A stretch of 64,000 nucleotides of DNA from NCBI GenBank assembly GCA_964252075.1, contig CAXULY010000011.1, positions 52,060 to 116,059 of the forward strand, written 5' to 3'. This document shows positions 9,963-20,248 of the stretch, in pieces. Below the pieces are notes generated by a model. That model was not told where the DNA came from and ran no database searches. It saw nothing but the letters and a program-made list of their open reading frames with translations. Made by a program: the position numbers and the translations under genes. The first letter of the stretch is position 1. Each line of letters starts with the position of its first letter. The DNA comes from an uncultured Deinococcaceae bacterium (GTDB lineage: Bacteria; Deinococcota; Deinococci; Deinococcales; Deinococcaceae).

Positions 9963-10418
9963 TCAGTCTGAATCCGGGGCTTCCGCGCGGTTCGCCTGTT
10001 CCAGGGCGTGCAGCACGGTCCGGAGTGCGGCGGCGACGGGCGCCACCTGCGCTTCGGGGATCTGCTCGAACACGCCCGCCCACACCTCGCGCGCCCGCGC
10101 CTCGAACTGCTCGAAGCGCCGGGGCAGCGCGGGTGTCGGGTACAGCCGGACCAGCCGGGCGTCGCGGTCGTCGGGGCGCTTCTCGACGAGGCCCTGCTCC
10201 ACCAGCGCGTCGATGGTCCTGGACGCGTGGCTCTTCACGATCCCGGCGGTCCGCGCGAGCTGGTTGAGGGTGATGCCGGGCTGCTGGTGCAGCAGGTGCA
10301 TCACGCTGAAAACGTTAGTGTTGAAGTCGTTGTTGCGGCTGGTGAAGCGGCGGAAGCGCGGGCGCGCGCCGTGACTGATTGCCTGCCAGAGTTCCACGAG
10401 TTCGGCCCGGTCTTCCAT
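9963..10418 (-). CDS. MarR family regulator
   Basis: wHTH ITLNQLARTAGIVKSHASRTIDALVEQGLVEKRPDDRDAR; first gene of the ABC operon. Confidence 0.88.
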   Translation of the reverse strand: MEDRAELVELWQAISHGARPRFRRFTSRNNDFNTNVFSVMHLLHQQPGITLNQLARTAGIVKSHASRTIDALVEQGLVEKRPDDRDARLVRLYPTPALPRRFEQFEARAREVWAGVFEQIPEAQVAPVAAALRTVLHALEQANRAEAPDSD

Positions 10419-10430
10419 GTACCCCCTGGT

Positions 10431-10459
10431 GTTCCAAAAGGAACGTTCTGTGATGGAAC
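10431..10459. promoter_or_regulatory. Tandem candidate MarR operators
   Basis: GTTCC-AAAA-GGAAC followed immediately by GTTCT-GTGAT-GGAAC, just upstream of the marR start. Confidence 0.55.
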
Positions 10460-10715
10460 GAGTTTAGGCATCTGCCACCACCGTGTCAATTAAGCCAAGA
10501 CGCCTAATAGTGGTCCTGGACCTACGCGCCAGCGATGGTCGCAGCGGCAACAAAGACCAACACGCATGACTGCAGCGCTTAACTCACCAGCGCATGCGCC
10601 GAAGGCAGGAACGCCGGAGGGCCGCCCTATTCCGTCAGCGACAGGGCTCGCGGGCGACTGATTGAGCTGGCCTGTGCTCCGCAGACGCAACTTCTACTGC
10701 ATGACGGACGTCCAG

Positions 10716-11177
10716 TCACGCACCATCCGGCGCACGCACCGGCCCAGCCTCTCCTGGACCGGGGTGCTCCGCGAGGCGCTCGATGAGGCGCTCCAGCACC
10801 CCAAGTTCCTCGTCCGGCAGGTCCGCGATCACCTGGGGCGCGGGCTCGCGCAGGGCCAGCACCTGCGCGACCAGGGCGGCGCCCTCTGGCGTGAGCTGCA
10901 CGAGTTTCACGCGTCGGTTGGTGCGGTGTGGGTGGCGCTCGGCGAGGCCGCGCCGCACCAGGTCGTTCACCGTGACGGTCGCGGCGGGCGCGTCCACGGT
11001 GAGGGCGGCGGCCAGCTCACGCAGGGTTTTCGGGCCGGACGCGAGGCGCCTCAACGCCCGCACCCGGCTGAATGGCAGGCCCGTCAGGTCCACGACATGT
11101 CGCCGCCAGTCCTGCTGACGGTCCATCACCGCGCCGATCAGGGCGTTCCAGACGCGCGCGGCGCGCGCCTCGTCCAT
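10716..11177 (-). CDS. MarR family regulator
   Basis: MDEARAARVW...TLRELAAALTVDAPAATVTVNDLVRRGLAERHPHRTNRRVKLVQLT; TAATG coupling to the MFS stop. Confidence 0.85.
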   Translation of the reverse strand: MDEARAARVWNALIGAVMDRQQDWRRHVVDLTGLPFSRVRALRRLASGPKTLRELAAALTVDAPAATVTVNDLVRRGLAERHPHRTNRRVKLVQLTPEGAALVAQVLALREPAPQVIADLPDEELGVLERLIERLAEHPGPGEAGPVRAPDGA

Positions 11178-12613
11178 TACCGCCCACCGCCGGGCACGCG
11201 GGCGTCCAGCAGGTGCGCGATGCCCAGCGTGGACCGTGCGGCCCACGGGGTGCTCGCGAGCACGCCAAGCACCGCGATCAGTACCCCGCACGCGCACACG
11301 GCCCACCACATCGCGTGCGTCGCGGGTGCCAGCGCGGCGCCACTCGCGGACGCCACGGTCGTCCCGGCGAGGGCGACGCCCAGCGACACCCCCACCTGAC
11401 GGCTGGTGGACGCGATGGCCGCCGCCGACCCGGCGCGGGCGCGCGGCATGCCGGACACGGCGGTGTTCGTGATGGGGGCGTTCACCAGCCCGAAGCCCAG
11501 CCCGAACAGCACATACGCACACAGCAGCAGCGGCAGGGGCGTGTCGGCCTGCAGGCGCGTGAGCAGCAGCGCGCTCCCCAGGAGGCCCGCCCCCGCCAGC
11601 AGCAGCGGCAGGCGCGTGCCGGTGCGGCCCACCAGGAACCCGGACAGCGGGGAGCACACCGCCATCGCGAGCGCGGTGGGGAGCAGCAGCAGGCCCGTGG
11701 TGAAGGCCGCGAGGTGACGGGTGTTCTGGAGGTACAGCGAGTTCAGGAACAGGAAGGCGCCGAAGGAGAGGAACGCGCACACGGCCGTCACCGCGGCGGT
11801 CGTGAAGGGCACGCTGCGAAAGAAGCGCAGGTCGATGAGGGGCTCCGCCCTGCGCGCCTCGACGCGCAGCAGGGTGATGAGCGAGGCGAGCGTCACCGCG
11901 AACACGCCGAGGATGCTGGCGGACGTCCAGCCGAGCCGCGGCGCCTCAATGAGGCCGAACACCAGGGACGCCAACGTCACGATGACGAGCGCCTGCCCGG
12001 CCGGGTCGAGGCGCCGCGCGTAATCCCCGCGCGACTCCGGCACGAACAGCGCCGACAGGACGATGGCCAGCAGCCCGATGGGCGCGTTGATCCAGAAGAT
12101 CGCGCGCCAGCCGGCGGTCTCCGTCAGCAGCCCACCCACGATGGGGCCGAGGGCCATAGAGATGCCAACCACGGCGCCCCACACGCCGATGGCGCGTGAG
12201 CGCTCGGTGGGGTCGGTGAAGGTGTTGGTGATGATGGACATCGCGACGGGATTCAGCATCGCGCCGCCAAGGCCCTGCAGGGCGCGGAAGGCGATCAGCC
12301 ACCCGATGCTGGGCGCGAGGCTGCACAGCACGGAACCGACCGTGAAGAGGGCGAGCCCCACCTGAAAGGTGCGGCGCCGCCCGACGCGGTCGGCGGTGGA
12401 GCCCGCGAGCATCAGGAAGCTCGCGAGGATCAGCGTGTAGGCGTCCAGCGTCCACTGCTGACCGGACACGGCGGTGTGCAGGTCCCGGCCAATGGAAGGC
12501 AGGGCGACGTTCACGATGGTGGCGTCCATCGAGACGAGGAACAGGCTGAGGCAGCAGATGCCCAGGATCAGGTTCTTCGGGCGTGCACGCTGCCCCTCGA
12601 CACTTGTAGACAT
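11177..12613 (-). CDS. MFS drug:H+ antiporter (DHA2, EmrB/QacA-like)
   Basis: MDATIVNVALPSI, GSTADRVGRRR motif A, LGPIVGG motif C, about 14 hydrophobic segments; TACAAT-N6-ATG. Confidence 0.92.
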   Translation of the reverse strand: MSTSVEGQRARPKNLILGICCLSLFLVSMDATIVNVALPSIGRDLHTAVSGQQWTLDAYTLILASFLMLAGSTADRVGRRRTFQVGLALFTVGSVLCSLAPSIGWLIAFRALQGLGGAMLNPVAMSIITNTFTDPTERSRAIGVWGAVVGISMALGPIVGGLLTETAGWRAIFWINAPIGLLAIVLSALFVPESRGDYARRLDPAGQALVIVTLASLVFGLIEAPRLGWTSASILGVFAVTLASLITLLRVEARRAEPLIDLRFFRSVPFTTAAVTAVCAFLSFGAFLFLNSLYLQNTRHLAAFTTGLLLLPTALAMAVCSPLSGFLVGRTGTRLPLLLAGAGLLGSALLLTRLQADTPLPLLLCAYVLFGLGFGLVNAPITNTAVSGMPRARAGSAAAIASTSRQVGVSLGVALAGTTVASASGAALAPATHAMWWAVCACGVLIAVLGVLASTPWAARSTLGIAHLLDARVPGGGR

Positions 12614-12625
12614 ACAACCATTGTA
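12604..12625 (-). promoter_or_regulatory. Leaderless -10 (TACAAT) and palindrome TTGTA-N4-TACAA over the MFS start codon (candidate MarR operator)
   Basis: TTGTAGACATACAA at 12604-12617; ATTGTA at 12620-12625. Confidence 0.55.
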
Positions 12626-13065
12626 GGTCTGTTGCGTTAGCGCCACGCGCACGCACTCATGTCCACAGGGTGTCACCGGCAGATGTACCGACGCACAGGG
12701 CAGGCGCGCCTGTCCGTTCAGCGCAAGGTCCAACCGCTATCGCGCCAGCGCGTGTAGCGGACCCGATCAGTTCCCTACGCCAAACAGCCGGGCTGGCAGG
12801 CACCGCTGCCCCACCCGCCAGGAGTATCTGAACCGTTGGCGTCATGACACCCCGCAACTTCATGATCTGGACGCTTCGATTCGTGAGCTGTGGGGTGCAT
12901 GGAGGCCGGACATCAGGCGCCCTCCAAGGAGGAGGTGCCGACCACGCACGCAACTGAAGGAACTGGCGCTGTCCGAGGCGGCGCACCCAACATAAGGGTG
13001 CCCCTGCCTGCCGTTCATTCAGGTGTCGGGCCAACGGCTGGCGTTGGCGTGCACTCCGGTTGCCG

Positions 13066-13815
13066 TCAGGCGGGTTCGGGCAGGGTGAACCAGAAGCGGC
13101 TGCCCACCGCTGGGGTGGAGGTGACGCCCACCTCACCGCCCAGGCGTTCCACGCCCTCCTTCACCACCGCGAGGCCCAGCCCGTTGCCCGGGTAGTCCTC
13201 CGGGCGGTGCAGGCGCTCGAACATCCAGAAGATGCGCGTCAGGTCCGCCGCGCGCATCCCAATTCCGCGGTCCTCCACGCTCACCCGCACGAAACCCCCG
13301 TCCACGCGCGCCGACACCCGCACTTCGGGCCGCTCGCCCGCGCGCACGAACTTCATGGCGTTCTCAATGAGGTTCAGCAGCACCTGGTGGAGCACCACGG
13401 CGTTGCCGCGCACGGTGGGCAGCGCCTCGTCCACCGTCACGCGCGCCCCGCCCTCCTGAATCAGGGGATGCATGTCGCTCAGCACGTTCTGCACCACCGC
13501 TCGCAGGTCCACGGGGGCGAGGGGCAGGTCCGCCTGCGTGAGGCGCACGAGGGTCAGCAGGTGCCGCAGGTGGGTGTCCATGCGTTCCGCGGCGGCCAGC
13601 ACGCGGTTCAGGTCCTGGCGCTGCTCGCCGGTGAGGTTCTCCCCGCGCAGCACCAGCGAGACGAAACCGTGGATGGCCGTGAGGGGCGCGCGCAGGTCGT
13701 GCGCGATGGAGCGCGCGAAGGCGTCCTCGTTCAGGCGGTCCGTGGTGCGCGGCGCCGTGGCGGTCGCTCCGGGCGCCGCGTCGTTCGGTGAGGTGTCCTC
13801 CACCAGGCGGCTCAT
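13066..13815 (-). CDS. Histidine kinase (HisKA + HATPase only, no sensor domain)
   Basis: H-box IAHDLRAPL, N-box NLIENAMKF, G1 DRGIG, G2 GNGLGLA. Confidence 0.88.
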   Translation of the reverse strand: MSRLVEDTSPNDAAPGATATAPRTTDRLNEDAFARSIAHDLRAPLTAIHGFVSLVLRGENLTGEQRQDLNRVLAAAERMDTHLRHLLTLVRLTQADLPLAPVDLRAVVQNVLSDMHPLIQEGGARVTVDEALPTVRGNAVVLHQVLLNLIENAMKFVRAGERPEVRVSARVDGGFVRVSVEDRGIGMRAADLTRIFWMFERLHRPEDYPGNGLGLAVVKEGVERLGGEVGVTSTPAVGSRFWFTLPEPA

Positions 13816-13876
13816 GCCCACCCAGTGTAGGGCCATGGACGCGCCCCGGACCGACCCATGGTCGCCACCGCCGGGA

Positions 13877-14320
13877 TCACCCTTCCGGCGCGGCGGTGGC
13901 CGGTCGGGTTGGTGGGTGACTCAGGGCGCCCCAGAACGTGACGAGGGTCCTCAGGGTCTCCACGAGGGCCTCGAAGTGCAGCGGCTTCACCACGTAGGCG
14001 TTGCAGCCGAGGGTGTAGCAGTCGTGAATGTCCTGTTCATCGCTGGAGGCGCTGAGCATCACGACGGGCAGGGAACGCCACGCCGGGGTGTGCCGGATGG
14101 CCTTCAGGACGTGCGCGCCCGTCATGCCGGGCATCTTGAGGTCCAACAGCACAAGGTCGGGCACTCGCCCGGCGGCATGCGTGGCGCGCAGCGTGGCAAG
14201 CGCACGGGTGCCCAGCGCGGTGGTGACGCGAATGTCGCGTTCGACGCGCGTCAGGGCGAGCCGCACCAGTTCCAGCTCCACTTCCTGATCGTCCACCAGC
14301 AGCACGTGAGGTGTGGGCAC
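13877..14320 (-). CDS. Single-domain response regulator (CheY/Rcp1-like)
   Basis: VLLVDD, PDLVLLDLKMP, MLSAS, YVVKP; GTG start at 14320. Confidence 0.85.
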   Translation of the reverse strand: MPTPHVLLVDDQEVELELVRLALTRVERDIRVTTALGTRALATLRATHAAGRVPDLVLLDLKMPGMTGAHVLKAIRHTPAWRSLPVVMLSASSDEQDIHDCYTLGCNAYVVKPLHFEALVETLRTLVTFWGALSHPPTRPATAAPEG

Positions 14321-14327
14321 GGGCGGC

Positions 14328-14747
14328 TCAGGGCGCGCGGCGCGGGGTGCGGGCGGACAGGGACCAGAAGGTGCTGATGGCGTCCACCGCCGCCTCGAAG
14401 TCCTGGTGGCGGACGGGCTTGGTGACGAAGAAGGCGGCGCCCAAGTCGGTGGCCGCCCGGATGTGGATGGGGTCGTCACTCACCGTGAGGACCACCACGG
14501 GCAGGAACGCGAGGCGCGGGTCGTGCTTGATGGTTTCCAGCACCTCAAGGCCCGGCAGGTCGGGGAGGCCGAGGTCCAGGAGGATGAGTTGCGGGAGGGG
14601 CTGGTCTTCCCGCAGCGCGTGCAGGCCCGCGCGGCCGGAGTTGACGCTCTGGACCGCGAAGGTGCCGTGCTGCTCGAACGCCCGGCGGGTGAGTTCGACG
14701 GCATCGTCGTTGTCCTCAATCAGGAGCACCACGGGAGGTGACGGCAT
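14328..14747 (-). CDS. Single-domain response regulator (CheY/Rcp1-like)
   Basis: LLIEDN, LILLDLGLP, VLTVS, FVTKP; TAGGCT-N7-ATG. Confidence 0.85.
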   Translation of the reverse strand: MPSPPVVLLIEDNDDAVELTRRAFEQHGTFAVQSVNSGRAGLHALREDQPLPQLILLDLGLPDLPGLEVLETIKHDPRLAFLPVVVLTVSDDPIHIRAATDLGAAFFVTKPVRHQDFEAAVDAISTFWSLSARTPRRAP

Positions 14748-14978
14748 CAGCTCCAGCCTAACGCCGCGGAGGCCGCGCCACGCGAGGTGAAGGCATGCTG
14801 AACGCGGCTGGACAGGTGGTCGCGGGTCCTCGCCTGGGTGCACCGTCAGCCACCTGAACAACACCCCCAACATGGGCCGGTTTTCCTTTCAGGGCGACGG
14901 TGGTGCGGTCGGTCCCCGAAGGCGCGGACCCCCTGGGCACAGACCCTCCGGCGCGGCGCGGGCCTCGCGCCGCGCCGG

Positions 14979-15734
14979 TCACCCGAGGGGCCGGCCGCCG
15001 TCCACGGGGATGACGCAGCCGGTGGTGAAGGTGAGGTGCGTGGCGGCCGCCAGGACCGCGCGGGCCACCTCTTCGGCGCGCGCGATGCGGCCGAGCGGGG
15101 TACGTGCCGCCTGCGCGGCGATCACGTCCGGCGGCATGCGCTGCGCGTACTCGCCGTCCACCCAGCCGGGCGACACGCTCAGCACGCGGATGTCCGGCGC
15201 GAGCGCCCGCCCGAGGCTGCGCGTGATGGAGTCCAGCGCCGCCTTGCTGGCGCAGTACGCGACGTTGCTGCCCTGGCCAGTGCGCCCCGCGATGGAGCTG
15301 ATGTTCACCACGAGGCCACGCCCGGAGGCGCGCAGGAGCGGCGCGAAGGCGCGCACGCCCGCGAAGGCGCCGCGCACGTTCACGCGCAGGATGGTGTCGA
15401 TCCACTCGTCCGTGAGGGCGTCGAGGTCCGCGTGGGGAACGGGGGTGGTGAGGCCCGCGTTGTTCACGAGGAGGTCCAGGCGGCCCTCCTGGGCGCGCAC
15501 GCCGTCCGCGGCGGCGGTGAGGGTCGCGCTGTCGTCCACCTGGGTGAGCAGCGCGCGGTGCGCGCCGGGGCCGGGCAGGTGCGCGGCGAGGTCCTGCGCG
15601 CGCGCCGCGCCGCCCGCGTACCCGACGAGCACCGTGGCGCCCGCGTCCGCGAGGGCCGTGCAGATGGCGCGCCCGATGCCGCCCGCGCCGCCCGTGACGA
15701 GCGCCACCTGACCGTTCAGGTCGCCCGCGTTCAT
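14979..15734 (-). CDS. Short-chain dehydrogenase/reductase
   Basis: TGGAGGIG, LVNNAG, NISS, YCASK, IPVDGG; start overlaps the LacI stop. Confidence 0.92.
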   Translation of the reverse strand: MNAGDLNGQVALVTGGAGGIGRAICTALADAGATVLVGYAGGAARAQDLAAHLPGPGAHRALLTQVDDSATLTAAADGVRAQEGRLDLLVNNAGLTTPVPHADLDALTDEWIDTILRVNVRGAFAGVRAFAPLLRASGRGLVVNISSIAGRTGQGSNVAYCASKAALDSITRSLGRALAPDIRVLSVSPGWVDGEYAQRMPPDVIAAQAARTPLGRIARAEEVARAVLAAATHLTFTTGCVIPVDGGRPLG

Positions 15735-16735
15735 GGTGGTCCCCCGCGCACGGTGTCGCGCCAGATCAGCTCGCCGGGGTGCAGGCGCGCGCCGCCCGGC
15801 GGGTGCGGTTCGTCCAGCGCGCGCAGGGCGTCCTCGATCATCGCTTCGAGCGGCTGGCGGATGGTGGTGAGGCGGTACGCGAGGCGCCCGGCCTCCCCGA
15901 TGCCGTCGAACCCGATGACGCTCACCTCGTCCGGCACGCGCCGCCCGAGGAGCCGCAGGGCGTCCAGCACCCCGATCGCGACGATGTCGTTCGCGCCGAA
16001 GATGGCGTCTGGGCGCTCCCCGGCGGCGTGCAGGTCGAGGGTCGCCTGCATGCCCCACTCGTACTGGAAGGCGCGGGCGGGCGCCGCGATGAGCGGCACA
16101 CCCACCTCCGCGAGGCCCTCCGCGAAGCCTTGCAGGCGGTCCTGGTGCGTGCTGGTTTCCGGGTCGCCGCCGATGAACGCCACGCGCCGCGCGCCCGCGC
16201 CGTGCAGCAGTTGCGCGGCCATGCGCCCGCCCGCGAGGTTGTCGCACGCCACGGACAGCAGGCCCTCGAAGCCCGGCAGGCGCCGGTTGAAGAGCAGCAC
16301 CGGCACGTTCAGGCTGGGCGGCGTGCTGTTCAGGCGGGTGGGGAACACGATGGCCGCCTCGATCTGGTAGCTGCGCGCGGCGTCCAGGGTCTCCTGCACG
16401 TCCCGGCGGGCGTCGTGCGTGAGGAGCAGCGCGCGCTTGCCGCGCGCCTCGAGCGCCTGCGCGAACTGCGAGAGGGCCTGCGGGTAGAAGGGGTTGTGCA
16501 GTTCCCCCACGATGAGCGCCACGATGCCGCTGCGCTGCGTGACGAGGCCGCGCGCGATGGCGTTCGGGCGGTACCCGAGCCGCTCGGCGGCCTCCAGCAC
16601 GCGCCGCCGCGTCTCGGCGCTGATGTGCGCGCCGGGCGTGAAGGCGCGCGACACCGCGGACTGCGAGACGCCCGCCGCGCGCGACACGTCCAGGGACGTG
16701 ACGCGCTGCGCGGTGGGCACGGAATCGTCGCTCAT
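15731..16735 (-). CDS. LacI family regulator (HpsR-like N-terminus)
   Basis: VTSLDVSRAAGVSQSAVSRAFTPG, LGYRPNAIARGL, VIGFD, LTTIRQP. Confidence 0.92.
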   Translation of the reverse strand: MSDDSVPTAQRVTSLDVSRAAGVSQSAVSRAFTPGAHISAETRRRVLEAAERLGYRPNAIARGLVTQRSGIVALIVGELHNPFYPQALSQFAQALEARGKRALLLTHDARRDVQETLDAARSYQIEAAIVFPTRLNSTPPSLNVPVLLFNRRLPGFEGLLSVACDNLAGGRMAAQLLHGAGARRVAFIGGDPETSTHQDRLQGFAEGLAEVGVPLIAAPARAFQYEWGMQATLDLHAAGERPDAIFGANDIVAIGVLDALRLLGRRVPDEVSVIGFDGIGEAGRLAYRLTTIRQPLEAMIEDALRALDEPHPPGGARLHPGELIWRDTVRGGPP

Positions 16736-16777
16736 GGGACGCGCATCAGGATAGCGGCATTCACCGGGCGGCGCCCC

Positions 16778-18073
16778 TCAGTCCGCGCTGACCTGCGCGG
16801 GCGTGCCGTAGCGCTCCACGCGCAGGTCCGCCTGGCGCTGGTGGCCCGCGAAGCCCTCGATCTGGCAGATCACCGAGCAGTTCTGCCCGACCAGCACGCT
16901 CGCCTCGCGGGTGGCCCACTGGTACGTGACGGTCTTCAGGAACTTCCCGACCCACAGGCCGCCCGTGTAGCGCGCGGCGCGCCCGGTGGGCAGGATGTGG
17001 TTCGTGCCGATGGCCTTGTCGCCGTACGCGACGTTCGTTTCCGGCCCGAGGAACAGCGAGCCGTAGTTCGTCATGCCGTTCAGGAACACCTGCGGGTCGC
17101 GCGTGAGGACCTGCACGTGCTCGCTCGCGATGTCGTCCGCGAGGCGAACCATCTCGGCCTCGTCGTCCGCGAGGATGATCTGCCCGTAGTCCGTCCAGGC
17201 CTGCCGCGCGACCGGTGCGGTGGCGAGCACGCCGAGCTGCCGCTCGATTTCCGGCACCACCGCCGCCGCGAGCGCCTCGGAGGTGGTCAGGAGCACCGCC
17301 GGGCTGTTCGGGCCGTGCTCCGCCTGACCGAGCAGGTCCGTGGCGACCATCTCGGCGTCGGCGGAGTCGTCCGCGATCACCAGCGTCTCGGTGGGTCCCG
17401 CGAGCAGGTCAATGCCCACCTGACCGAACAGCTGCCGTTTCGCTTCCGCGACATAGGCGTTCCCGGGCCCCACCAGCATGTCCACGGGCGCGATGTCCTC
17501 CGTGCCGAGCGCGAGGGCCGCGAGGGCCTGCACGCCCCCCATGATGTAGATCTCGTCGGCGCCCGCGAGGAACATGGTCGCGACGGTCGCGGGGTACGGC
17601 GCGCCGTCCTTGGGCGGCGTGACGGCCACCACGCGCGGCACGCCCGCCACTTTCGCCGTCGCGACGCTCATGATGGCGCTCGCGATCATGGGGTAACGCC
17701 CGCCCGGCACGTAGCACGCGACGCTGTTCACGGGCAGCACCTTGTGCCCGAGCGTCACGCCCGGCAGGGTCTGGACCTCCACGTCGTGAATGCTGGCGCG
17801 CTGGGCGCGCGCGAAGGTCCGCACCTGCTCCAGCGTGAAGCGGATCGCCGCGAGGTGCGCTTCCGGCACCTGCGCGATCAGCGCCTGCACCTCGTCGGCG
17901 CTCAGGCGGAAGCTGGCCGGGTCCCAGCGGTCGAAACGCGCGGAGAGTTCACGCAGGGCCGCGTCGCCGCGGGCGCGCACGTCTGCGATGATGCCGCGCA
18001 CGGTCTGCTCCACCTCGCCGTGCGCCTCAAGCTGGCTCTGGACGGTCATGCCGGACTTCAAGGTGCGGGCCAT
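16778..18073 (-). CDS. Histidinol dehydrogenase-fold Zn/NAD dehydrogenase, HpsN-like paralogue 1
   Basis: [42 protein letters not shown] (GDK instead of HisD GDY), EGFAGH. Confidence 0.88.
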   Translation of the reverse strand: MARTLKSGMTVQSQLEAHGEVEQTVRGIIADVRARGDAALRELSARFDRWDPASFRLSADEVQALIAQVPEAHLAAIRFTLEQVRTFARAQRASIHDVEVQTLPGVTLGHKVLPVNSVACYVPGGRYPMIASAIMSVATAKVAGVPRVVAVTPPKDGAPYPATVATMFLAGADEIYIMGGVQALAALALGTEDIAPVDMLVGPGNAYVAEAKRQLFGQVGIDLLAGPTETLVIADDSADAEMVATDLLGQAEHGPNSPAVLLTTSEALAAAVVPEIERQLGVLATAPVARQAWTDYGQIILADDEAEMVRLADDIASEHVQVLTRDPQVFLNGMTNYGSLFLGPETNVAYGDKAIGTNHILPTGRAARYTGGLWVGKFLKTVTYQWATREASVLVGQNCSVICQIEGFAGHQRQADLRVERYGTPAQVSAD

Positions 18074-18095
18074 CAGGGCTCCTTTCTGCTGGCCT

Positions 18096-18896
18096 TCAGT
18101 CGTAGGCCGAATGGGGGCGGTCGGGGGTGGGCGGCTCGCCCTGCAGGTCCGCCAGGACCGCGCGGGCGGCGCCGCCGAGGAGGGCGGAGTCGGACCCGGC
18201 GGTCACGAAGCGGTACCCGAGCGCCACGGCGGCGCGGGCGAGGGGCGCGCCGGGCGTGAAGATGCCGGGGATCAGGCCGTGCGCCGCGGTGCGCTCGGCG
18301 ATGCGCGTCACGGCGGCGAGCAGGTCGCCCGCGCGGAAGTCGAAGTCCGCGCGGCCCGTCAGGCTGAGACTCAGGTCGCCCGGCCCCACGAAGACGCCAT
18401 TCAGGCCGGGCGTTTCGAGGATGGCGTCCAGGGCGTCCAGTCCGGCGCGCGTCTCGATCATCGCGAAGATGAGGGTCTGGCGGTCCGCGTCGCGCGCGTC
18501 GTCGCCGTACAGCAGGCGCGCGCGGGTGGGGCCGAAGCTGCGCCCGCCCGCGGGCGGGTAGCGGCAGGCGTGCACCAGGGCACGCGCCTGCTCGGGCGTC
18601 TCGATGAGCGGGCAGATGACGCCCACCGCCCCGGCGTCCAGGGCGTGCATGAGGTCCGGCGGGTGCAGGCCCGCGACGCGCACGAGGGGCGCGGCGGGCG
18701 TCGCGCTGATCGCCTGCAGAGCCTGCAGCAGCCCGCCCTCGCCGATCAGGCCGTGCTGCAGGTCGAGGGTGAGGGCGTCGTACCCGGCGCGGCCCATGAT
18801 CTCGGCGCTCAGGCCGCCCGGCAGGTGCAGCCAGCCGTTCAACACCACCTCGCCCGCCGTGAGGCGTTCGTGCAGGTGCGCGCGGGCGTCAGGCAC
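18096..18896 (-). CDS. HpcH/HpaI class II pyruvate aldolase family
   Basis: [44 protein letters not shown]. Confidence 0.88.
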   Translation of the reverse strand: MPDARAHLHERLTAGEVVLNGWLHLPGGLSAEIMGRAGYDALTLDLQHGLIGEGGLLQALQAISATPAAPLVRVAGLHPPDLMHALDAGAVGVICPLIETPEQARALVHACRYPPAGGRSFGPTRARLLYGDDARDADRQTLIFAMIETRAGLDALDAILETPGLNGVFVGPGDLSLSLTGRADFDFRAGDLLAAVTRIAERTAAHGLIPGIFTPGAPLARAAVALGYRFVTAGSDSALLGGAARAVLADLQGEPPTPDRPHSAYD

Positions 18897-19554
18897 AGGG
18901 CACCCCCATGAGGGCGGCCGTGAGCGCCTGCGGGGCGTCCAGCGGCAGGTAGTGGCCCGCGCCGGGCACGCGCGTCACCTCCGCCCGCGGGTTGACGGCG
19001 CGCACTTCGTCCGCGAGGTGCGGCGGCGTCACGGGGTCATCCTGCCCGACCAGCACGCTCAGGGCGCCCTGGTACCGCGCGAGGTCCGGTCGGCTGTCCG
19101 GGCGCGCGCGCAGCAGGCCCAGCTGCTCCAGGTGCGCCTGCGGGCCCACGCGGCGCGCCATAGCCAGCAGGGCGGCGCGGTGCGGGCCCACGCTGAGCGC
19201 GTCAATCAGCGGTTCGAAGCGACCGGCGCGGATTTCGCGCTCGTGGTCGGCCCACACGTTCAGTTGCGCGGGGGTCGGCGCGCGCGGGTTGGCGCTCAGC
19301 AGGGTGAGGCGCGCGAGGCGCTGTGGGGCGAGCCGCAGCACCTCGAAGGCCACGATGGCGCCCAGCGAGAAGCCCACGAGGTGAAAGGGCCGTCCGTCCG
19401 GGACGGCGTCCATCACGCGGCCCGCCGCCTGCGCGAGCGTGGCGCCGCGCACAGCGTCCAGCACCCGGGCGCCCGTCGGCACCGTGACGTCGTTCCAGAG
19501 GGCCGCGTCGCACAGGGTGCCCGGCACCAGCACGGTGGGGGGGCGCTGGGTCAC
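18889..19554 (-). CDS. Alpha/beta hydrolase
   Basis: PGTLCD, GFSLG nucleophile elbow, GQDDPVTP, AGHYLP. Confidence 0.85.
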   Translation of the reverse strand: MTQRPPTVLVPGTLCDAALWNDVTVPTGARVLDAVRGATLAQAAGRVMDAVPDGRPFHLVGFSLGAIVAFEVLRLAPQRLARLTLLSANPRAPTPAQLNVWADHEREIRAGRFEPLIDALSVGPHRAALLAMARRVGPQAHLEQLGLLRARPDSRPDLARYQGALSVLVGQDDPVTPPHLADEVRAVNPRAEVTRVPGAGHYLPLDAPQALTAALMGVPCA

Positions 19555-19558
19555 GGCG

Positions 19559-20170
19559 CTACTCGTCCCCGAACTGGCGGCGCATCTGGTCTTCCAGTTC
19601 CGCGAAGTTCGCGGGTTTGATCATCTTGCCGCGCTCGTCCGCCTCGAAGCCGTGCTCACGCGCGCGGCGGATCACGTCGGGCGCCCAGTAGGGGTCCTTG
19701 CCCTCGAAGACCTGGTGTTTCTCCAGCACCGCGAAGATCCAGCTTTCGCCCTCGTCGACCGCCTCGAAGCCGCGCCACAGCTTGGGCGGCAGCGTCACGT
19801 AATCGAACTCGTCGAGGATGGTCTCGCCGTCCACGCGGTCCGGGTCCTCGCCCCAGTAGAAGCGCCAGCGGCCCCTCAGCGGCAGGAACGACTCGATGTA
19901 GTCGTGCGTGTGGTAGGCAGGGCCGTTGCCCTGCCGGGCGCGCACCATGCCGATCTGGAAGCCGTGCGGGGCGCTGATGAAGGGCGCGTAGGCGTCGTTC
20001 TCGCTGGCGGTGTCGCCGATAATGGCGTAGTTGTGCCGCTGGTGGCCGGGGATGATGCTGTCGATGAACATGAGGGGCACTGCGCGGGATTTCAGGTCGC
20101 GGAAGCGCACCACGTGGCCGGTCATGGCGCCGAGGTCTTCGTGCGGGCGGGCGTCTGGCGTGGATGTCAT
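19559..20170 (-). CDS. Cupin domain protein
   Basis: Cupin motif 1 GNGPAYHTHDYIESFLPLRG, then PPKLWRGF; GGAGG RBS before ATG 20170. Confidence 0.8.
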   Translation of the reverse strand: MTSTPDARPHEDLGAMTGHVVRFRDLKSRAVPLMFIDSIIPGHQRHNYAIIGDTASENDAYAPFISAPHGFQIGMVRARQGNGPAYHTHDYIESFLPLRGRWRFYWGEDPDRVDGETILDEFDYVTLPPKLWRGFEAVDEGESWIFAVLEKHQVFEGKDPYWAPDVIRRAREHGFEADERGKMIKPANFAELEDQMRRQFGDE

Positions 20171-20248
20171 GGAACCTCCGTGGGCGGCGTGAACCGCGCG
20201 GGGAAGCGGGCTGGGACGGCACCGGCGGCGTCCGCCACCGGCTCGTTT

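Noticed and set aside
4962..10267. Very long + strand ORFs (803 aa, 658 aa) and similar ones at 15779-18259 (+), 23896-26310 (-) and 36619-38265 (+)
   Set aside because: Antisense shadows of well-supported genes; stop-poor frames are expected in high-GC DNA and they show no motifs.
16778..18073. Calling either HisD-fold gene hisD or hpsN
   Set aside because: GDK/GGRYP signatures and catabolic context argue against biosynthetic HisD. The lack of a canonical DHPS context and the GGLWVGKF variant make hpsN unproven.
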